Origin: Negaprion brevirostris
Lineage: Eukaryota
Direction of reading: 5' to 3'
NCBI GenBank assembly: GCA_030324005.1
Contig: JARDVH010000132.1
Span: 91,821,905 to 91,885,904, forward strand
Length of the DNA stretch: 64,000 nucleotides
In this document: positions 38,351 to 51,534 of the stretch, one piece after another
How the letters are laid out: every line of letters starts with the position of its first letter
Position numbering within the stretch: position 1 is the stretch's first letter
Program-made: the position numbers and the translations under genes
The notes under the pieces: model-generated
Database searches by the model: none
The model's input: only the letters and a program-made list of their open reading frames with translations
What the model was told of the DNA's origin: nothing

Positions 38351-38787
38351 AAAAGATGATTTTTTAATCAAGTGCTGGCTCAGGTGAGAAAATCTGCACA
38401 CAACTTGCCAGCTGCATAGCTGGCATTACCCAACAGATAAATCAGCACTTGGTGCAAAAAGATTGGAAGCATGATGTCACACTGGAGGGGTAGAGCCGAA
38501 AATCTGACAACATCAGGACTCCTGACATTTAGGGAGCTCTCATTTCCAATGCCAAAAAAAAGAAAGTCCCCATGCACACAGAGACCCTTCCATACATGCT
38601 TATGGACAATCACCATCCCCCCTCATCCCCAATACCTCCTNNNNNNNNNNNNNNNNNNNNNNNNNNNNNNNNNNNNNNNNNNNNNNNNNNNNNNNNNNNN
38701 NNNNNNNNNNNNNNNNNNNNNNNNNNNNNNNNNNNNNNNNTCAAAACCCGTATTTGCTGGCCTCCCAGCCGATGCTTGGTGGATGCG

Positions 38788-39110
38788 TCATAGAATCCCA
38801 TCAGTGCAGCAGGAGGCCATTCAGCCCATTGAGTCTGCAGCGACCACAATCCCACCCAGGTCCTATCCCCATAACCTCACAGATTTACTCTGCTAATCCC
38901 TCTGATACTAGGGTCAACTTATCATGGCCAATTCACCTAACCTGCACATGTCTGGAGTGTGGGAGGAAACTGGAGCACCCGGAGGAAACCCATGCAGACA
39001 CAGGGAGAATGTGCAAACTTCACACAGACAGTGACCAGAGGCAAAAATTGAACTTGGGTCCCTGGTGCTGTAAGGCAGCAGTGCTAACTAATGTGCCACC
39101 ATATGACTCC
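38788..39110 (-). mobile_element. HE1 SINE (full length)
   Basis: Reverse complement of ggtggcaca.tagttagcactgctgcctt...gggattctatga. Confidence 0.9.
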
Positions 39111-39332
39111 AATTAGTTGGTCACCATGGTTCTCAGTATAAAGGGCCATGGTCTCCATCACACCATGTATAGTTTGCTCACTTTACAAAGTTAGGTGCAA
39201 ACGTAAGCACTGAGGATGGCACAGAGAAGCTATAAGAATATATCACCAGGGTTAAGTTAGTGGGCAACAAGATGGCAGACATGCATAATGTGGGGAAGTG
39301 TGAAATTATTCACTCTGGTCGTAAGAATTATT

Positions 39333-39648
39333 GGGTGGCACGGTGGCACAGTGGTTAGCACTACTGCCTCACATTGCTAGGGATTCGGGTTTGATTCCTG
39401 GCCTCGGTCACTCTCTGTGTGGAGTTTGCATGCTCTCCCCGTGTCTGCATGGGTTTCCTCCAGGTGCTCCAGTTCCCTCCCACTCAAAGATATGCAGGTT
39501 AGGTCGATTGGCCATGCTAAATTGATCCTAGTGTCAGGCGGATTAGCAGGGTAAATGTGTGGGTTTATGGGAATAGGGCCTGGGTGGAGTTTGGCAAGAC
39601 TCGATGGCCTGAATGGCCTCCTTCTGTAGCGTGGGGATTCTATGATTC
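39333..39648 (+). mobile_element. HE1 SINE (full length)
   Basis: gggtggcacggtggcacagtggttagcactactgcctcac ... gggattctatgattc. Confidence 0.92.
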
Positions 39649-39845
39649 AAGTGCCACGCATTAGTGAGCACAGAAGCAAAAGGTTGGAGTTGATGCACAT
39701 GTGGTTGGAGAGATGGTATCAGAGGGAGGGATTCGGGTTCCTGGGGCTTTGGAGTTCTGGGAGAGGTAGGACATGTACAAGCTGGGCAGTTTGTACCTCA
39801 ATAGGACCAAAACCAATATTCTTGCAGCTAATGCTGTTAGGGAGG
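39648..39845 (+). mobile_element. CR1 ORF1 (SGNH esterase-like) fragment
   Basis: VPRISEHRSKRLELMHMWLERWYQREGFGFLG...MYKLGSLYLNRTKTNILA. Confidence 0.75.
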
Positions 39846-39954
39846 ATTTCAATTAGAAAATATTTCATTGAGGATTTTGAGCCTTTGCAACTCTCCTTCT
39901 CAAAAGGTAGTGGAAGCAGAGTCTTTGAATATTTTAAGGTAGAAATAGATAGAT

Positions 39955-40218
39955 TAGAATCATAGAATCCTACAATGCAAAAGGAGGCCATGCAGCCCAT
40001 CAAGTCTGCACCGACAATCCCACCCAGGCCCGAGCCCCATAACCCCATGTATTTACCCTAGCTAGCTCCCCCGACACTAAGGGGCAACTTAGCATAGTTA
40101 ATCCAGCAAACCTGCACATCTTTGGAGTGTGAGAGGAAACCGGAGAATTGGGAGGAAACCCACGTAGACACAGGGGGAATGTGCAGGCTCCACACAGACA
40201 GTGACCCAAGCCGGGATT
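39955..40218 (-). mobile_element. HE1 SINE, 5'-truncated, inserted in a CR1 3' fragment (39845-40330)
   Basis: (tagaatca)n tail; body matches the other copies. Confidence 0.9.
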
Positions 40219-40474
40219 CTTGAAAAGTAAGGGGCTGGATAGTGAATTGAGGGTAGGCCGGAATGTAGAGTTGAGGTTACATTCAGATTAGTCATGATCT
40301 TATTGAATAGCGTAGTGACCCACTCCTACCCCTAGTTTGTATGTTTGGTAGGGGTGTGAGTATCTGAGGGTGGAATCTGATGAGGTAAAATCAGAAATGG
40401 TAAGAGAAGGCAGACAATCAGTGAGTGACTCTCAAAGGCGGAGGAAGCAAAAGGTAGAAAATGAGAGAAAGATA

Positions 40475-41055
40475 ATAAAAAGCAAAATACTGCAGTTGCT
40501 GGAAATCTGATATACAAACAGAAAATGCTGGATAAGTGCAGCAGGTCTGGCAACATCAATGGAGAGAGAGAAACGGAGTAAACGTTTTGAGGCCATATGA
40601 CTATTTCAGGTCTGAAGAGGGGCAGAGGGGTGACAGATTATATAGTTGGAGAAGAGAGTGGAGAAGGTGTGACGGAATAGGTCAGGGATAGGTGGGAGCT
40701 CGGTGAGATTGACAAAGATGTCATGGACACAAGACAAAGGGAGTGTTATTGAGAGTATTAATGATTAAAGAAGGTGCTGACAGAGGCATTAAGGTAAGAT
40801 AATAGCTTTCTTCTCCACCGTAGGGATTCTATGATTCTATGATAAGAGAATGTGTTAATAGGAGAACAAAGGTCAGCGCTCAGAGAAAGCAGAACAGAAG
40901 AACAAGTGACAAATGGCCCTGGGAGGTAGGTGGGGTTTTGTGTTGCGACAAATAAAAAGCTTTCAAGGTGAAGGAAAAAGTTCACAGTCTAAAAGTTGTT
41001 GAACTCAGTGTTGACTCCAGAAATTGTAATGTGCCTGATCAGAAAATGAGGTGTT
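40475..41055 (-). mobile_element. Penelope-like element 3' region
   Basis: aaaagcaaaatactgcagttgctggaaatctga...gaaaatgctgga...gacaaagatgtcatggacacaagac; reverse of 7600-8026. Confidence 0.7.
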
Positions 41056-41382
41056 AGAATAGAATAGACTACCTACAGTGCAGAAGGAGGCCATTCAGCC
41101 CATTGAGTCTGCATTGACCACAATTCCACTCAGGCCCTATTCGCGTAACCCCATATATTTACCTCACTAACCTTCCCTGACTCTAGTGTCAATTTAGCAT
41201 GGCCAATCAACCTAACCTGCACATCTTCGGACTGTGGGAGAAAACCGAAGCACTCGGAGGAAACCCACGCAGACGCAGGGAGAATATACAAACTCCACAC
41301 AGACAGTGACACGAGGCAAGGAATTGAACTCAGGTCCCTAGCGCTGTGAGGTAGCAGTGCTAACACTGTGTCACCGTGCCGC
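41055..41382 (-). mobile_element. HE1 SINE (full length)
   Basis: Reverse complement of gcggcacggtgacacagtgttagcactgctacctcacagcgc... Confidence 0.92.
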
Positions 41383-41409
41383 AGTTCAAGGGAGTAGAAA
41401 TTCTGCTTC

Positions 41410-42160
41410 CACTTTGCAAAGCCTTGCTTAGACAATGCCTGGAGTATTCCACGTGGTTCTGGGCACCACGATATATCAGTCTTCAAGGGAGTGCTGTGTA
41501 GATTTTGGGGTATGATACCTGGATTCCCAGAATTAAATTATGAGGAGCTATTATACAAACTTGAGTTGTATTTCCTGCAATGCAGAAGGTTAAGGGTTAA
41601 TTTGGCAAAAACTTTCATGATATTTAGGGAGTCACTAAACTCAGTTGAGAGAAAGTATTGCCTCTGATTGTGGATCTCGGACGAGGGGACAAAGTCTAAA
41701 ATTTAGAGCCAGACCTTTCAGGAGTAAAATTAGGAAGTACTTATACACACAAAGGATGCAAGAAAAAATGTCGATAAACTGCAGGTGCACGCAGAATGGT
41801 GCCATGCAGGGAAAGAGGAGGCTGCACACATGCAACATTCCCTGTAAGACACACATATGCTTGGTCCACGTCAGTTTCAAAAGGGTTGCAAAGTACAACA
41901 AATGACCTATTCACAGCAAACAAAAATTAGAGGGAATATTGGTAGATGTAGTTTGGAATTTTCTTCTGCAAATGACAATTGGTGCGAGATCAACCTAAAT
42001 TTTAAAACGAAGATTCATAACATTTTGTTACCTAATGTATTGAGAGGTATAGGGAAAAGACAGGGAAATGGATTTAGTTTTGAGACCAGCCATGATCTCA
42101 CTGGATGGCAGAACAGAAATGTTAAATGGACTAACCTGATCCTATGCCCAATGTTCTGAT
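41410..42160 (+). mobile_element. Old CR1 3' region with an unrelated insert
   Basis: RTRGQSLKFRARPFRSKIRKYLYTQR motif; tail cagccatgatctcactggatggcag. Confidence 0.7.
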
Positions 42161-42835
42161 GCTACGAAAAGGATTTGATATATTAGAGGACCATGCCACT
42201 TTAAGTGTCAAAAGCACCCAGACACCCAATGACTACTGACCTCAGTTATGCTGTCCTGAGCATGCAAATCTATCGGAAGGAAGAGTTCGATCTTTTGGTC
42301 TTGCCTATAATTTGTGCAGCATAAATGCAGGCAGGAGTCAGCTGGGACTCTTTAACGACAGCACTGTCTATAATAGTATCATCAAGCAGGACATTGGCAT
42401 AAATCATTTGGCACTTTGCAAAGTGTCACTACTGTCAGCCTCCTTGTGATGTGATCTTTAGTCTTTCAGATCTATAGACTGGCATTTGGATCAGCTAAGC
42501 ATCTTGCACAATGCCTTGCATTTTAAAATCACTTCAGCCAATATGTAAACTTGATTGTAAATATTTGTAAAGTGTTGACATTAAATACTTTAACTATTCA
42601 AACATTTACTCTAGCATATCAGCAAAGCAAACTTCCACAACATTACAGTCTAATAAGGTTTATGTACCACTTGTAAAATGTTTTTTCTTATTGAATCTTA
42701 TCTACTCAGAAATTCATTTTAGAGCCAAAGAGTTTAACTCCTAAAATACTGAATGATAAAATAATTTAAAATCCCTCAAAATATTTCTTTTGATTGGAAC
42801 AAATGCACAATCTGTCATATTTTCTAAATAGATTT

Positions 42836-43087
42836 CATAGAACATAGAACATAGAACATAGAACATAGAACATTACAGCGCAGAACAGGCCCTTCGGCCC
42901 ACGATGTTGCNNNNNNNNNNNNNNNNNNNNNNNNNNNNNNNNNNNNNNNNNNNNNNNNNNNNNNNNNNNNNNNNNNNNNNNNNNNNNNNNNNNNNNNNNN
43001 NNNNNNNNNNAGACACCGTATGCCTTCTTAACAGCCCTATCCACCTGATTCCCAACTTTCAGGGATCTATGTACACATACACCTAGA
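42836..43087 (-). mobile_element. Young CR1 spanning a 100-N gap
   Basis: (catagaa)5 tail; LGVCVHRSLKVGNQVDRAVKKAYG beyond the gap. Confidence 0.9.
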
Positions 43088-43504
43088 ATAATCTTTAACA
43101 TTTTATATTTGTGAAATTATTATGTAAGTTTGTCTTCCTCCTGCGTGTTTTTTTTTATTGTTGTTTTGTAAGGAACCATCACAAATAATTTTCAATGTGT
43201 AGGGCTTTGAAATGTTGCAACATTATAAGCTGTTATATAAATGCAGGTATTATTATTTATTAGCATTGAAGCAGAAATGTTTGCTGATCTATACTGAATA
43301 GCATTCAAATCATTTCATTAACCTTTTGTTAAAAGCACAATGGGACTGTCCATTTATACACAATAGGACCTTGGAGACAAGCAAATAAATGTGAATGTGT
43401 GTGTCCTTTGTAAACTTTGCAATAAAGATATGCTATTATAGAAGCAGAATGTTGCAGATGTTGGAAATCCTAAATAAAAACAGATAATACTCAGCAAGTC
43501 AGAC

Positions 43505-44305
43505 AACAATTTGATTTTCAAGTTTGCTGACGACGCCACCATAGTGGGTTGGACCCCAAACAATGACGAGACAGAGTACAGGAATGAGATAGAAAACCTG
43601 ATGAACTGGTGCGGCAACAATAACCTCTTCCTCAATGTCAACAAAACAAAGGGGGTTGTCATCGACTTTAGGAAGTGTAAAGGAGAACACGCCCCTGTCT
43701 ACATCAACGGGAATGAAGTAGAAAGGGTCGAGAGCTTCAGATTTTTAGGTGTCCAGATCATCAACAACCTGTCCTGGACCCCCATGTCGACACCAGAGTT
43801 AAGAAAGCCCACCAACTCCTTTACTTTCTCAGAAGACTAAGGAAATTTGGCATGTCAACTACGACTCTCACCNNNNNNNNNNNNNNNNNNNNNNNNNNNN
43901 NNNNNNNNNNNNNNNNNNNNNNNNNNNNNNNNNNNNNNNNNNNNNNNNNNNNNNNNNNNNNNNNNNNNNNNNNNNNNNNNNNNNNNNNNNNNNNNNNNNN
44001 NNNNNNNNNNNNNNNNNNNNNNNNNNNNNNNNNNNNNNNNNNNNNNNNNNNNNNNNNNNNNNNNNNNNNNNNNNNNNNNNNNNNNNNNNNNNNNNNNNNN
44101 NNNNNNNNNNNNNNNNNNNNNNNNNNNNNNNNNNNNNNNNNNNNNNNNNNNNNNNNNNNNNNNNNNNNNNNNNNNNNNGAATGGACTTACCTTGCATTAA
44201 GTTGATCTTTCTCTACACCCTAGCTATGACTGTAACACTACATTCTGCACTCCCTCTGTCTGTATAGCGCAATAGAAACAATACTTTTCACTGTATGTTA
44301 ATAAG
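43505..44305 (+). mobile_element. Rex1/Babar-clade LINE RT to 3' end, inserted into a Penelope terminus (minus, 43438-43508 and 44305-44346)
   Basis: IFKFADDATIVG...YRNEIENLMNWCGNNNLFLNVNKTK..IDFRK...VERVESFRFLGV. Confidence 0.9.
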
Positions 44306-45407
44306 ATGCAGAATTAACATTTCAAATCAATGGCCCCTCATCAGAATATATTATCAATTCTGTGTCCACAATCCTTTTGTCAAATTGCACTCCTCAAAAG
44401 TTATATCTCTGTAATCAACGCCAGAACTTTATAAGAATGAGCACATTATTTTCACGTAATTCTGCACCTCCAACATTAGATGTACATTGTGTTACTGCAC
44501 CTCAGGTATTGCATGGCTATTGTTCTACATTAGAAATAGTCTTTTCACATGTGCTATCAGTTCTTCCTAATAATGGTGATTTTTCCTGAAAAGTGGTAAG
44601 CATAATGGTGTATATGATCCACAATAATATATGGTTGGGGGTGAATTATAGGCATGTATTCAGATTCTTGTTGGCAGGGACTATGTATACAGATGATAAC
44701 TGACTGACGAAAATTGCATGTGGATATCTGGGAAGAAAGTGAAAAATGGTAATACAAACAAGAGGAAAAACACATCATATACAAGAAGTCCATAATTCTA
44801 AAGTCGGAATTTTCCATTTAAACTGCATTGAGCTACATAATAAAACTAATTCAAAGTCTTAACTTGTTTTGTAATGTTGTCATAGAATTATACTGTTAAA
44901 ATTACTGTACAATTTTTCTTCAAGTAGAAAAGATTAGAACTTACATGGATATTTTCATTCTGTCTATCAATATATTCAAACTTAATTTTTAGTCTTGCAG
45001 TCGGTGATGGCTTTTTCAGTACTATCTCATTTCATTATAGAAGTGAAGGGGTTTTAAGGTTTGCAGTATTTTAGTCAAATTGATGACACTCTTTTCATCA
45101 TTATTTTATCTCAGCCTTAACTTTTGACCTCTCTACCACAATTATTTTCTCTATATATTTCTCTCTCACTACAGTGTTTCTCTTTTCTACACATTATTCT
45201 CTCCCAGATTGAAACCTTTCACCAAAAACTATTTTCTGGTTCTTTTTGATTCATCCTCCCTTTGCTCCAATTCCTTACCCAGACATGTTTACCTCGCTTC
45301 TTTCTCATTATCCCACAATCTTTTTAAATTTTTTCTTTCCTGAATTATTTTAATTTTTATCTTTCTCAGTATCCTTTTGTGACTCTTCCACTATGATTAC
45401 TTCTATG

Positions 45408-45661
45408 TCAGTTCCGGGAGGAGTTCGGTATATATTCCCATACACACACGGACCAAAAAAAATCCCCAAAGTCGGGCGAGTTTTNNNNNNNNNNNNNNNN
45501 NNNNNNNNNNNNNNNNNNNNNNNNNNNNNNNNNNNNNNNNNNNNNNNNNNNNNNNNNNNNNNNNNNNNNNNNNNNNNNNNNNNNTTGAATGGCGGGGCAG
45601 GCTCGAAGGGCTACATGGCCTACTCCTGCTCCTATTTCTTATGTTCTTATGTTCTTATGTC
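45408..45661 (+). mobile_element. Young CR1 3' tail after a gap, preceded by a CpG-rich segment that may be its 5' end
   Basis: Tail with (ttcttatg)3 at 45585-45660; assignment of the 5' part is uncertain. Confidence 0.6.
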
Positions 45662-46019
45662 CTCTTTCATTCTTCATCTCTTCAACCACACAAACGCAAC
45701 AACCATTTCATATGAACATAAAACAGAGAGACTTTTTCACAAATTGTACACCTTTTCACTAAGCCATCCACATTCTTTTCTCCTTCTGTTTGCCTGAATG
45801 CCATGTAATTTGGGTTCTGCTGTGTGGACTGAGATTTGCTGTAACCACGTGTCCAGGCCAGATTTCAGGCCTTGCACCATTTAACAGTTTTGTTGAATTC
45901 TACAAACAGGATGAGCATCTGGCAAAACTTGCTTTTCTTCCCTCCATTGCAATTCCTCATTCAAATCTGAGGAATGCAATAGGAATGCCCTTAGTGATAG
46001 TCATCCTGCTGCAGGGAAC

Positions 46020-46567
46020 ATAAGGGCACAGGAACAACAGTAGGACATTTCAGTCCATCTAACCTGCTCCAATATTCTATGAGATCACGTCTAATCTGTA
46101 TCGTTCTGTACCACTACTCTATTTATCCTCCATTGTTCCATATCCCTATCCTTAACTAACAAAAGTCTAACAATTTAAGTCTTGAAAATTTCAATTGATC
46201 CAGTATCCACAACCTTTCCACTACCGTGCTGTGAAAAAAATGCTTCTTGATTTCACTTCTGAATGGTCTGGCTCAAATTTTAGGGCTGTGCCCTTTGGTT
46301 CTAGATTGCTCCAACAGAGGAAATAGTTGCTCTGAATCTACCCTATCAAATCTCTTTATCATTTTAAACATCTTAATTGCATCACTCCTTGCCTCCATAC
46401 TCAAAGGAATATTACCAATTTGAATAAATGATTGTAACGCTATATTTTGCACCCTTTCCTTTCCTTCTCCCCATGTACTCTATGAAAGGAATGCTCTGTA
46501 TAGCATGCAAAAAACAATACTTTTCACAGTATACTAATGTGACAATAATAAATCAAATAAATCAAAC
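46020..46567. mobile_element. Old CR1 3' end (minus, 46020-46420) and Rex1/Babar 3' tail (plus, 46415-46567)
   Basis: ggaacaacagtaggacattt...; aacaatacttttcacagtatactaatgtgacaataataaatcaaat. Confidence 0.75.
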
Positions 46568-49194
46568 CGTCTTTATAATTTGATTCTTTAACCCTGGGAC
46601 CATACTGGTGATGTCACGAAGACTTGTGGGAATGAGACTGAGAAAAATAATGGTGTAATGTAACATTTCCAAGAAGTATGATAACTTTGTCTCACTGAAT
46701 TCATGTGTGTTTGGCATGTCTGCCTAAATCAGCGTGGTGTACTCCTAAATGCATAGTGTACTCAGAAGGGCACTCAATATAATGCTTTAAAACTTCACAA
46801 AGCTGTTCCCTTCTTACAAATGCAATGTAGCAAGTGATGATCAAGCTTTTCTAACTATAATTTTTAAGTGAATTCAACCCACTCTTTTTATTAAGATCAC
46901 TATGAGGGAGATTTATAAGTCCTATTGGCCACCCATTCACTCACCTCAATAAACTGATAAACTGCTCTTCATACAGGCACGAAGCACATATGATAGGTGA
47001 GAGGAAATTTAGTTAAGCAAATTGAGGTCTTATGCCTCTTTTAGGATCCCAAATGCAAACTTCAAACAGAGATAGATAGAACAAGAGAGGCATATGTCAA
47101 TCCTGTTTCTCTCTGCATTGAGAGGCCTGACCAATCCTTAAAGGAATCACTTGAATTTCTATTTTTTATTAAAAATATTTTTGTGAGGCTAAGAAGATTG
47201 TTTCCCTGGGCCTCATAGAAATCTTCTAATTGATAGTCTGTTCTCAAAACAACCTTCCTCTCTGCTATACACTAACCTGCACTCTCTAGCAGATCTTACC
47301 CACCTACTGACCATCTGCCACACCTGGCTGATTTTCCACCAGCAAGCTGCAGCAGGGCTGTGATGACCATTGAATGCTCACAGTTTGGTGGTGTTATGTT
47401 AATGAAACCCTTATCTGAAGCCCTGACCTTTCAGACTCAGAGGAGGGAATGCTATAATTAAAAGGCTCACTCCCACATAGACTGGGATAGAAACGGAAAA
47501 TACTGGAGACACTCAACAAGTCAGGCAATAACTGTGAAGAAACATGGGAGTTAATGTTTCATGCAGAGATCCTGTGTCAAAACAATGGGCTAGCAGTTGT
47601 AATTGGAACAGTTGACAATTAAGAATGCCCTGCGGGACATTTTCCATTGTACACACAACAGAAACTACAAGTAGATGCAGCACCTTAAACTTTTTGATCT
47701 CAGTGGTTTAAAGGTTCTTCTCTTGAACCAATTTTAAGGATTATACATAATAAGTCCCTGGGATTACACCATTACTATTTCTTATTATTTATTCACCTTT
47801 GAATGCTGTTTGTTAATTATACCGTGTACAGGCTGAGAAAATTATGGGTTCTACAACAGTAAGTTAATTAACATGTTTTATGAATGCCAAATAGCAGATA
47901 TCAGGAAACAAGAGCAGCCCTGGTCATTTAACTGATGCTACTCATATGTAAAACAACACCACACTGCATTTGTTTTAATCTTTTGGTTTTGTGATCTAAG
48001 CATATCTTTTTATTCCAATGCATTCAAAAGCTGTGAAATTCAAGCTGCTAAATCCTCCGGGGCTTTGGATCAGACGAAGAACATTAAGGGAAACTATTTC
48101 CTTGTGAATGATTATTCCTCCTCATGAGAAAAAACAGCAATCAGAATAGGTATTGATTCACATGCATATTGAAAGATGTGAAAAGAAGAAAAAAGATTAC
48201 AAGGAAAGTCTTGTTTGGTAGAATTGCATCCTGACTAATTTCATTAGCCTGTAATTTTCACAATTTTGACCATGTTTGGAGTCATGACTCGACCATCCCA
48301 GGTTCAAGTGTCATTGATTGGCTGTCGACAGATAAACCAGCAGACTTTGGCAGACAGGCAGCCAATTGCCATATCACTCAACAAGCACCCAGGGCAGATT
48401 ATCTGAACACCCACTTGCCCTCTGTTTATAGTTTAGAACAATTAGCAATGCACAGATTCTATTTTAACATAAAAATAACCAATACACCTATTGATTATTT
48501 TTAAATGCAAACTTAATGGTCAAATCATATTTGAGGCTGATGTTTCTCTTTAAAAAGCAAAACACATTCTGTAGACCAGTACACTATAAGAAAAATCAGA
48601 TGGGGATTGCTGGGTGCGAGTTGAGAAAATGACAAAAAGCTGAAAATCCCATTAGAGCCACTTGGCCTTTCTGATCATTTAAATTAATGAACTGAGAATT
48701 TCAGTTCCATTATGAGCACAAGTTGCTGAAGTGTGAATCCAAGAGTTGCACTGATAAGGTGCAAGTATAAACTAGAAATTATTAGCTACTCAAGTGTATT
48801 ATTAGAAGGGCAAGGATGCCACAGATGTCACAGAAGAATTGCATATGAAAGTAGAAGTCAATGTGATTGTCATACTATGCCTTGAATTTGATTTAGATCA
48901 TGTTCTAAGCTATGAAAGAATATCTAGTGTTACATCCACTGTTTAGTGCATTAGGAGTTTTGTGGTGGAAAATTCCAGAATGCCACCCCTATTGTGGTTT
49001 TCCAAGTTCATCTTCATTCTCAAAACACCAAACTTCAGCTGCATCCAACTCAGAACCTTCTGAATCTGGCAACATTGTTTTTTCCCACAAGTGTTCTGGT
49101 TCAAACAATGTCCTGTCAACTTGAAGCTTTCCCACAATCTCTGCCTTTATTTACTTACCACTCATGATGTCCTGGTCTAAGTGACGAAGGATCA

Positions 49195-49490
49195 GAACAG
49201 AAAAAAGGAAAAGAAACAAACGGAAAGCAAAGGGTGGCAGAAAGAGAAATTGAAAGAGAGAGAGAAACCAAGAGAAGGGAACCACTTAGAGAGAAAAAGA
49301 GTGAAGAGAAACAAAGGGACAGAATAACACAAAGGAAGGAAGGGAGTTAGGAATACAAAGGTAGGAAGAGAGGTAGAGCAACACAGAAAAACAGAGGAAA
49401 ATAAAACAGAAGATAGCAAAATGCAGAACATCAGATAAAAAAAGAAAGGAGCAGCACTCTGAAAATGCCACAGGTGAAAGGAAGATACCT
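49195..49490 (+). repeat. Purine (A/G)-rich low-complexity tract
   Basis: Directly visible. Confidence 0.8.
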
Positions 49491-50749
49491 CCAATTTGCT
49501 TTGGGCAGTGCCATTGAAAATTCATTAGTGTATATGTAAATATATATCTATAATCAAATAAATATGTGAGCCATACATTTCTTTTAACAAACACGTGGGA
49601 CCATTTCGACTGGGATTTTTATGTTGAAACAACTACAAGTAGCTGTGGCATTTTCCTGTGCTACTACATTGTGGTCCATCAGTAATTGACCCTCTCATGG
49701 GAATCTCCAGATTAATTTTGATACTTAAGTAATGCCTGTTAATTCTTCCTGTTGAAGCAAATTATCTCTCACCCACTCAGATCCAGCCTCCTCTTTGCCC
49801 AATTGGCCATTTTGCAGCACCATTGATTTTTCTTTATATTATCAGCTCTGCTCTCTCATGCCCCAGGCCTTCATTGTCAGGTCAAATTCTTGCTCATCTC
49901 AGCTACGTTTCATGACCAAGCTCTCTCCCAGGCTTGACCTTTTTCTCTTCAGTGTATTGATGTTGTCGATTACATCAGTGCAGATGCATTTCTGGACTCT
50001 AGTTCCACTCCAGAAATGTTTGATTCTCTTCTCCACCAACATCCTTTCAATCCCTGGTAACCCCTCCACCAACTTGGCCCCTAACTCTCCTTTGTACTGC
50101 ATTCCCCCTTTCCTCTCCTTGACCTCTATTCCTACTTTTCTAACTCCATGCCCTTCCCTACTCTATCATCTTGTTTCGTTCTCTGTCATCAATGTTCTCC
50201 CTTCATCTCAGTTCAATTATTTTCTAACCCTATAAATGTTCTTTGGGAATAAAATCCAGTCATAAAAGACCTTGCATTTATATAGTACCATTAACAACCT
50301 CATGAAATTCCCAAATACTTCACAGCCTATGAAATCGACCTGAAACCTATACTTGACCATGACACCTCATTTGCGATGCCACGATAGATTAAATATTCAC
50401 ATATTAAATCTTGCATTTGGCTCACACTTCCACTTTTTCATGTTTACTGCAATAGCATCAAGATTTTAGTACCATGCATTCACTTGTAAATTTTGTTGAG
50501 TAGCCAAAAGCAAAATAATTACTGAAATCAGAAAACTATCAATACAAAATCATTAAGGTCCTTTGTAATCAAATAATTCTGAATATTCAAACAGTGAAAC
50601 TCACTAATAAACATTGTGCATTGGTAAAATGAACTGAATTGGATATTATCTCTCCAGAATTGGCACAAACATGCATGTGGTCCAAAGGGACCACAGGTAG
50701 TTTGGGTTCCATTCTCTCATGAGTCCTCTCTCCCGCAGGTTTTAGCACC

Positions 50750-51410
50750 AGCCTTAGTTCATTGATAGTGCTCTTACCTCTGAGTCAGTAAATCATGTGT
50801 TCAGACCCTGCTCGAGACATTTAACCATAAAATTTAGGTTGATACTTTAGTCCAATACTCAGGGAATGCTGCACTGTCAGAGCTGGCATCCTTTCTATGA
50901 GAAAAATTAATTTATTTGTTGTTGTGTTGGAGGAAATACTGCTGCTCTTAGCTCTTAATCAACACCACCAAAACCTGATCATAAGGGGCAGCACGGTGGC
51001 ACAGTGGTTAGCACTGCTGCCTCACAGTGCCAGGGCCCCAGGTTCAATTCTGGCCTTGGGTGACTGCCCGTGTGGAGTTTGCACATTCTACCCGTGTCCT
51101 TCAGGTACCCCAGTTTCCTCACACAGATCAAAGATGTGTGGGTTAGATTGATTGGCCATGCTAAATTGACCCTGCTGTCAGGGGGATTAGGACTGTAAAT
51201 ATGTGGGGCTAAGGGGATGGGACCTGGATAGGATTGTTGTCGGTGCAGGCTCGATGGGCCAAATGCCTCCCCCTTGCACTGCAGATTCTACAATTCAGAG
51301 GGCAAACTTTTAGAACAATAAGAATCTATCCTCTCTATGATTTATATGGCTGTTGCTTAGAGGATCTTGCTGTATGGAAATTGGCTCCTGCATCTGACTC
51401 CACAACATTG
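50750..51410 (+). mobile_element. Deu-type SINE (SacSINE1-like) interrupted by an HE1 SINE
   Basis: tagtgctcttacctctgagtcag...aatactcagggaatgctgcactgtcag head and body; resumes at ggatcttgctgtatggaaattggct after the insert. Confidence 0.65.
50985..51296 (+). mobile_element. HE1 SINE (full length)
   Basis: ggggcagcacggtggcacagtggttagcactgctgcctcacagtgccaggg... Confidence 0.92.
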
Positions 51411-51534
51411 GGGATTATTGGGCCTTTAATAAATGTATTTTCAATCATGTTCTCTGCAGTTTGTATGCAGGCCTTTTTTTTGGTATTAGCCCCACACTGT
51501 CTGAGCTGTTGTCCTTTTATTGTTGCTAAAGTAA

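Noticed and set aside
49192-50235. Hydrophobic ORFs (100-146 aa)
   Set aside because: These are products of purine/pyrimidine low-complexity DNA.
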